Source: Oopsacas minuta
Lineage: Eukaryota > Animalia > Porifera
Direction of reading: 5' to 3'
NCBI GenBank assembly: GCA_024704765.1
Contig: JAKMXF010000033.1
Location: 620,001-684,000, forward strand
Length of the DNA stretch: 64,000 nucleotides
Every line of letters begins with the position of its first letter. Position 1 is the first letter of the stretch. The notes under the pieces were generated by a model. It ran no database searches and had not been told where the DNA came from. It saw nothing but the letters and a program-made list of their open reading frames with translations. The position numbers were made by a program, and so were the translations under genes. Shown here in pieces: positions 50,070 through 59,000 of the stretch.

Positions 50070-53000
50070 TAATAAGGAAGTTAAGAATTAATATATCGAT
50101 ATTATTGTGTGTATATTTCTTATATATTCTTCAGTAAGGATGATTAATTCTGTGTGATGTACATTTCATTATCTTTATACATTTGGAAAATATTATTTGT
50201 TATTGTTTGTAAAGATATACGTGTTTGTTGAAAGTGCATACTTTCAAGTCACGACCTTTTCACTTCCAGGTTCATTATTGCATAGTTGTCAAGTTTCATG
50301 GATTCAAAGTGAAACTCATGTATTGAATCCAATCTCACTTTCATTTTTACTTTCTCACTCAAATTTACAATTTACAATGAATACAGTATTCATAACGAAA
50401 TGAACACTATTAAGCCATTTTGGTGGGTAGATATCCTATTAGCTAAATTCAACTGCTCTTAAACAAATCTCACAGATAGATTTTACAAAGGTTGCCAACT
50501 TTGTTGTTGTACAGTGTAACCTCTACAAACGGGTTGCCAAGGACGCAGAAAAATGTTACCCTGTAACCCCGTTCGTGGAGGTTCATTTATACGGGACTAA
50601 TAATTTGCTTTATTTATTAAGTTCCAGTTTCCACAGGCCTCGTTTTCGGAGGTTTCACTCTATCTCATTTTTACAAAAATTCAAACTTTTTTGCAGGAAT
50701 ATGTTACTTTTTAATAATTCAAGGATCGCGTTATTTCTAGATTATATTCAATAATTAGCTCTATTCATGTCCTACATAGAAGAAGATCAACCTCCAGACA
50801 GTAAAAAATATATTTGTAGCGGACTTAGACATGACCTTCTTGCTTGTATCAAATCATCACCCTGCTATAAAATGGGGATGTCTCCTAAGGAGTGTCTCAA
50901 AACTGCAGGGGACAATCTAGATCCCAAATGTCCACCACTATATTACGCCTTTTTTGAATGTAAGAGATCTTCATTCGATAATCGATCTCGTTTCAGAGGG
51001 AAAAAAGGCTATTAAACTTTGATTTGAAATTTATTATCAGATATACTTACAATATACAATATACATTCATGGCTCTGTGCAGTATTTAATATATTAATAA
51101 TTGTACCAGAAATTACATGAATGTGTTTACCATCAAGGAACTTGTATAATCTCAATGTGTATTGTATGATATCTAGCAATTGTATGAACTAATTTATATG
51201 ATATTTCTCTAGGTTCAAGAGGATGGTAGTTTAGTCTTGTTCGAAGTTAAAGAAGGATTGCCTCAACTTATAACTTACATCAACATCTTATCCAATCCCG
51301 ACAACATAGTTACCAACTTGTGTGTTAGTTATGCTTCTGATTACTTAATTTGGACAGAAGATAGACAGAAGGAATGTCGTTATAACTCTGTGTTATATAG
51401 CTTGAGTATATTAGCTATAGAAGAAGGACAGCCGGGGGGTGGAAGAGATGTAGTTTGTAGCTGCCTTCCTAAGGTAGAGCTATCTGTCAGTGATACAATT
51501 GTCTTAATGATACCAAAGTAAGTATATTATACATTCATATTTTGTTGTAAGGAATTTATTACGATTCAATATTTGTTTTCTATCCTGAAACCTTTGACAG
51601 AGCAAAATTCTTCTGTGGACTTATCTTCCTATACTCTCTGAAAAGAAAACTATTCAAGGTATTATTTCGAAATACATTGTTCATTGAATGATAATCTGTA
51701 TTCAATGAGTGGATAATCTTATTATTCTTACAGATAGTTAATTTGTGTGAAATCGCGAGTTCTAATCTTCAACCCTGGAAAATTGTTCTTTCTGTAAAAT
51801 ATTTCATGTCACAACAATATTCTCTTGAAACAAAGGTAGTATATATTCTCTATGAACCTAGACGCAGAACCGTTTTCTTTCTCTTAACCAATAGAATGAA
51901 GATGCTGCTCTGATGGTATCAACCTCAACTGGTAGTTTGAATACCTCCTTCTATATATTGGATATGAATAGAGTGTTATGGAGATTGATTATTGATGAAA
52001 GAGAGCTTCTCTTCATAGATATAGTGTGTTCAATTGATTTGGCACCATTTGTATCTGATGAAGTGTTACAGATGACATCATTCCAACAGCTGATTTTCAT
52101 TCTAAAAGGGAACAATTTAAGGTAATAACTGACTCTCTACTTTATTTGAATGTTCATATTATTTCATTTACTAATATTTTGCTGCAATATTAACGATCCA
52201 TTTTATCATATAATGCTCATTTACTTGATGTTTTAGTACTCGTACATATTCTACAGGGTCCACGAACTAACCCAAGGAGTATGTGTTCAATCAGATATAC
52301 GTCCAGATGGAGAGTTCTACATCTATACATATCTATTCCACAAATACAAGAAATTAGCTATCAGTACCAAGACCAATGTATACTTAATAGAGGTAGGAGT
52401 TCAACAGTTTATACATACGTGTTCTTATAATAATATAGCGAAAATGTTCACCAATCGTACTAACCGTTTGGATGATAAACCTAGTATGCACCAATTTTTG
52501 AGACATTTGCATTATATCATAAGGTTACTAGAATAGTAGTATATGTAGTCCTAACATGGATAATTATTTGCCCTCTTAATATAGCCCTTAAATTTACTTG
52601 AATTATTATAAATAATCGCTTCTATCAATTTCAATGTACGAAAGGAATCGTAACCCTAGCACTTATTAACCCGTCAAATGTCTGTTTCTCCTGAGTCTGA
52701 TCAAGCTAGTCACTCACTCCGTCTCAGAGAACGACTCATGGCAATCCAACAGAACAGACAGACAGGAAGGATAGCTACACAGTCTAACACAGATCCTGTA
52801 TCTGATGATAACCTGAAGCTACAAACATTCTCTGTGAAATCATGTAGTGAAGTTAATACTGCCATCAGTGAGAAGGAGCTTTGCTACTATCAAGATCAGG
52901 TAGCCAGACTTCAAACTGAAAACAGTCAGCTGAAAAAGGGAATAGGTGAGAAAGACCGCGATTTAAAGAAATCTCAGGAAGCTCTCCAGGCGATCGGAGC

Positions 53001-56000
53001 AGGAGGTGGAGGAGGGAATGTAGCAGCTAAGATTGTAGAGTTAAGTAAGAAAGTAAGAGAGCTACAGTCTGAATTATACACAGAGCAGAGTAGAAGTATG
53101 AAGTTAGAGAGGAATCAAATAGAACTACAAGAGCTAATTAGATTAGGAGAGGGAGAGTTAGATCAGCTGAGAGATCAGCTGGAGAATAAATCTCCCTCAC
53201 TAGAAGAGCTGTCTCCTTCTGATCAGAAGAAATTAGAGTTGATGAGAGAAGAGGTTACGGATTTGAAGGCTCGATTAATGGAAGGCAAGAACTTGAATCA
53301 ATCAATGAAACAAGAGCTTAGACTAACTCAGAAAGCTCTTACGCAAGAGCTAGGCCCTGACGCAGACAAATACACTCTATCTCAGCTTATTAACTCAGAA
53401 GCTGCTTGGAAGGGAAGAGCTCAACAAATTAAACTTTTGAAGAAGAAAGTGAGTGAGTTGAGAGCTCAGCTACAACAAGATACTGTCAGTACAAATTCAC
53501 AACTTGATACAGAGCGTGACGTCAGCTCTGCTGAGAGATTAGACACCTGTGACATGCGAGTAAGCACGAGGCTATACGGTAGTAGTGTATCTAGTCAGAG
53601 CGATAGACAGAGAGAATTGTTGAAGAAGATGGAGACTAGTCGTAAAGAAACAGCTGAGAAGACACAAAATGAACTTGATGAATTGAGGAAAATTCAAACA
53701 GATTATAAACACAAAAATACAGCACTACAAGCTAGGAACCAGACTCTATCACAGGAAGTTAAACAGCTGAGAAGAGATCTAGCAGACAGTAAGTCACGTG
53801 AGATATCTCTAGCTAAACAATCAGCTGATACTGCTACAACATCTGTTAACAAGAATCAAGCTAATATAGAAGGACTGAAGCAAGAATTACATAAGAAATG
53901 TGTACAAATAGAAAATCTCACTCAAGAGATAAGTAACAACAAAGATCATGTAACGCTACCATCTCTGGGAGAATCTATTAAGAGTTCAAAGGTTAGACAG
54001 GTTGTTAGCAAACCTGGTGTATCACTAAACAGAGGTCATCTGACAGATAACGAGCTCCTGGATATAGCTAGGATCAATGGCATGCTACTAAGTGTTAGTG
54101 TAGAGAGAGATAAATTAAGAGAGCTAGTTAGTCTCATGCAAGAGAGATTACAAGAAGCAGTAGAAATAGGGAGTACACAGGAAACTCTGTTAAGACAGAT
54201 GAAACACTCTAATGCTTTGTTAGAAAAAGAAGCATGTAGGGGCGGTAACAGGTCTGGAGCTGTTCTGACAAGTGACAATGATAGCCTCATGCAGAGGATA
54301 AATATATCAGAAGATGAAAATTCAGCTCTGCAACATAGACTCGCTTCCATCAATCAGTCTAGAAAAGAAGATACACGTATGTATAAAGAAATGCTGGATA
54401 CATCGAGGCAAATTTTCACTGATACATTAAATCAGTTAAGATCAGTAGTTGTTGATAGAGAATCTGTTTGATTACCAGACACACACACACTCACAAGTAT
54501 TAAGTATTCAATGTATATGTGTTAATTAGTTATACACTAATCTAATGATTCGTGAACATGCTCATTACTGAATTTACCCATTATTGCTTATGCTATGTAA
54601 TACCCAGCTCACTTCCGTGTGTATTAAATTTATCACTTGTTCCATGTTAAGTTATCCGAATACAGTGAACCTCCACGAATGCTGAACTTACTACCCCGTT
54701 ACCCCATTTGTGGAGGTTTCACTGTAGTTATCTTTTCAGAAAGGATAGAGTAGATAATTAATATACTACTGAAGTATTTATAGCATAAATATCACTATAA
54801 TGCAGTTTATTGATTGCTTCATCATATCTGTCTACATCTTGCTGTATGTATCTATAACCTCTGCAGACCAACGGTGTCCAGGAGTACCAGACGGAGGATT
54901 CTGTCCTTATGATCCCGCTCGTCTTGACGCTATCGTGTGTTGTGATCTAGGATTTGGACCTCATTGCTGTAATAGTACTGAGTTTGAACAAATCAATAAC
55001 GTAAAGTTCTACGTTCTATGGGGTTCAGTAGGATTAGGGCTATTAGCTGGGTTTGTGTTAGTACCTATCTGTGTTGTTTTAATGCATTTCGCTATACAGA
55101 AATGTCCAAATATTTGTGCAAGAGGCAGTAAGAATAGGAGAGCTCATAAATCAAGCGTTATGCCTCCACGACGTCCAGAGCCCTTAGAAGAGAGGTTATA
55201 CGGCCCAGCTGATGATGATGATCCAGTAGAAAGTAGTGAGTATAGTCAAGCTATTGCAAGCAAGACTTCTCCTTTCTACAGAAAATATTCTGAGCTAACT
55301 GATAAGATACATACAATAGAAACTGATCTTCCGTCTGCATCTACTGGTAACGATATAGCCCACTCTAATCTGTTCTATGATACCCAATTGGAAAAGGAAG
55401 AAGCCGATCTGTTGGATAAACAGAGAATGTTGTGGAGGAAGTCTAGTTTCTCTGAGGGGGGACCTTCTAAACTAGCACTCCCTCCTAAATAGATTGCAAC
55501 CCTATCTCTTATTTTAGACATTATTTATTGATTTTGGTACCTAAAACTACATATTTTCTTATTTTTATGATTAAAATTACACTTTTCTAATTCTTAGTAT
55601 GATTGAGTCATATTTTTTCGCAATTTATTTGCCCAATTTGCATACCTTTTATATCTGAATATTCGATTTATATTATTTGTGTGATTGACCCTGTTTCCTA
55701 TTAGAATCTACCATTGAAAGATCAAGTATCTCATTTGCATGCATCTATCCCAGAAGAGAGTAGACTAGCTACACTTGTTAGAACTCCAGACCTTATCAAG
55801 TCTTGGAATAATAACTCTATACAAATGAAGTCTATATTAGATGCTGCTTACTGGATAATTAAGCAGGTGAGATTATTATAAAGTTACATAAAGTCAACTT
55901 CCGTTAAATCGAAGCTCAAAGGACCGCGATAATTCCGTCGATATAACCCGAGTGAATATATGATACTTTGACGGTTTGGGCCCCCGATATAGCGGGAGTT

Positions 56001-59000
56001 AACAGTATATCGTAATTCATATATTTATATATCATTATTAGATGCCAAATGATTGTAATGAGAATACACATAAAGATGAACTCGAATCTCTCTTCACTCA
56101 ACTCAATCATGAAAGAATTGATAATCCTATTATTCTATTCAACTTATTCTCTAGGGTAATAATAGTTTCCGATTTCCTAATAACATTTGGAGTATTGTAT
56201 TAATTTTCAATTATGTAAATAGTTCCCGAAATTTCAAACAGACTTACACAGAGAGCTAAACTTATACGATAATTCTCTCAAAGACATGAAAGAACTCAGG
56301 GACAATATTATTCCTTTCTATTGTAAAGGAGACTTCTCTAAGAAAATATCTACTCTACCTTCACTGATAGCCGAGCAAGATAATATCATGACTAAAAGGA
56401 ATACAATACAAACTGCTAGCATAGCTGATAAAATACAAACACAAGTTGTTAACTACATAAATTCTGTAGTTAATGAATCTGTTACACATGGAATTTGTGC
56501 AGGTTACAAGAAATACAATGCCATATACAGTGGAACCTTGTTAATACGAATTTCAGGAAATTTATAGAAACTCAGGCCCCTACAATGGCTATTCAATTGG
56601 TATTACTCCGGTTAAAGCGAAAACATTTGGCCGTCCGTTAGTGTTCGTATTAACGAAGTTCCACTGTATTTTACAATAGTAAATCTCAAATTTTGATAGT
56701 TTGTATATGTTTATGTAGCTGTATTGTTTACACACACTTCCTGTCCCATGTTTGTAGGTTATTCGTATAAATTTGAGTATCTCTGTCTTGTAAATCCGGA
56801 GGAAGTATTACAATCTATAAAATATTACTTTTCGCAAGGTAACAAATTATCCAGTAGTTATAATTACAATAATTATGTCCTTATGTGTTTACTGTTAGAT
56901 CACAGACATAATCCTATTGAAAAGATTAATTGGAGGAAGTTATTCAATTCTGTAGAACCAGTCCCCTCAACTATTAAGGTACTATTGAGAGTATCTGCTA
57001 TAGCGTCCCTTTGGTTAATAATTTCACCTAGAATTCGAGTAATATTTTGCATTAATATTACGTACTTAATGAAAGTATATAACAACTTATACTCTAGGTG
57101 TCCGAATAAGCCGCCCCCTTCCTGTTTATTCAGACCCCTAGAGTAGTATATGACTGCACATTTCATAATACTTAATTAGCTATTGCTATATTTTAAAATG
57201 GATACTCTACCAGATAATTTACTGAGTCAACTAGTGACCTCACCATCAACAGGAGATAATCTACCCATTAACGATACCACCCCTCAATCTATCAATATAC
57301 TACCTACACCTGTATTCTGTTTGAAAACTAAGCTAAACAATACTAATGATAAGATATTCATAAACGTGTGTACTTCTGATCAGATGAAGAAGCCTCCTGA
57401 CGTCACAGATGAAGAGCTGATTAAAATAATACGTACACAGGATTGCTCTCAATACCGTGTACCTTTATCTCTAGGAGAACCTCGTACTGAGCTTGATCGA
57501 TCACACAATGCATGTGTGGTATATGATGTCATCGTACATAGCTGTCTCTACACCGAATCACAAAAACGACCTATTATGATGGAGTTCTTACTACTGCTAT
57601 TGGTGGAGGGACTAGAAGCTAAATACGATATAGAATTGAATAGAGAAATGAGACGTATGCAGAACATTAAATGCATGGGTACACCCACAGAACACAGGAT
57701 CAGGACGCAGAGCAAGCCTAGGATTGAGATGGAAGAGAATGATGATGTCATCGAATCTAATACTTATTCTCCATTAATAACTGAGGTTAATACTAACACA
57801 CAATCTGTATCATCTCCTATACCGGAGTATACACTGACTAAAGATCCTCCTGATACACATCCTGAATACATAGTGCTAGAGGCTAAACTCCCTCTATTAA
57901 AGAGCAGCAAACATGTAGAATTGAATATAGGAGAAGATAGGATTGTTCTAACTGCACATCCTGACAGGTACCATCTAGACCTGTGTCTACCTTATTACGT
58001 CATACCAGGACAAGTAGGAGCTCAGTTTGATAAGAAGACTAAGCTACTATCTATTACTATGAGTGTGCAGAAATTATAACTATCTCTTATTAAGTGTATC
58101 ATCATTCAATTAAAGTTATTAATCAAATTAGATAAATATACATTCCTCCATAAACGAGGCCTGTGGATTGTGGAAACCGAGCGAAAAATTAATAGACCAA
58201 ATTCCCAGTCTCATACAAATGAACCTCCACAAACAGGAAAATTGGCAGAAACGGGGTAACCGGGGTAGTAATCTTCGGCGTCCCTGTCACCACGTTTGTG
58301 GAGGTCAGACAGTGTAATATGTTATTTCCATTTAGAATAGTTTAATATTATATAATTCTATCCAAATAGGATGGTAGAGATATATTTCCGTCAATATTCG
58401 AGACGGTCTGCCGTTTGGTATTTCAATATGATCCTGAATACTTAGTGAGTTATAAGCAAATATTTATGTAACAACACTACTACTATATACCTTATGTTTA
58501 GATTCCGTTTATAAACAAATGTCAACACCTGTTAGATGTAGATTGCTCTAAAGAACCAGCATTTATGCGTAAGAGTAGTCACGCACAAACCTACCAACGA
58601 GCGCTAGAGAGTCTCCCCGATCTATCCTATCTGCTAAGTGGTAACCAGGAGCTGACAACTTCTAAAGCTATTACGTACTATAAAGTCCTAAATAACAGGT
58701 TATAGGAGGAGCATGAGTATATGTATATTCCATTAATTACGAGTTAATATTATTTGTAGTAAAACACTCAATTCTGGCATTAAATGTATACAAATACTAG
58801 CGGCTGTATCAGAATGGAAGACTGCACTAAATGTACTACAACAATACACACAAAATGTAACTGATTGGATATTTACAAGTTATATGCACAAGATTTACAA
58901 TGTCTCGCTTCTTTAGGACTATCTACATTTCTATCTATTTACCACTCTGTCATATCTGATGAACAAGGTGATAATATTGTATATTATTTATGACCCTCAA

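Noticed and set aside
40112-51015. Mitochondrial gene cluster (OAT, GLRX5, COA5) in the host introns
   Set aside because: They belong to different pathways, and mitochondrial genes are common enough for three to co-occur by chance.
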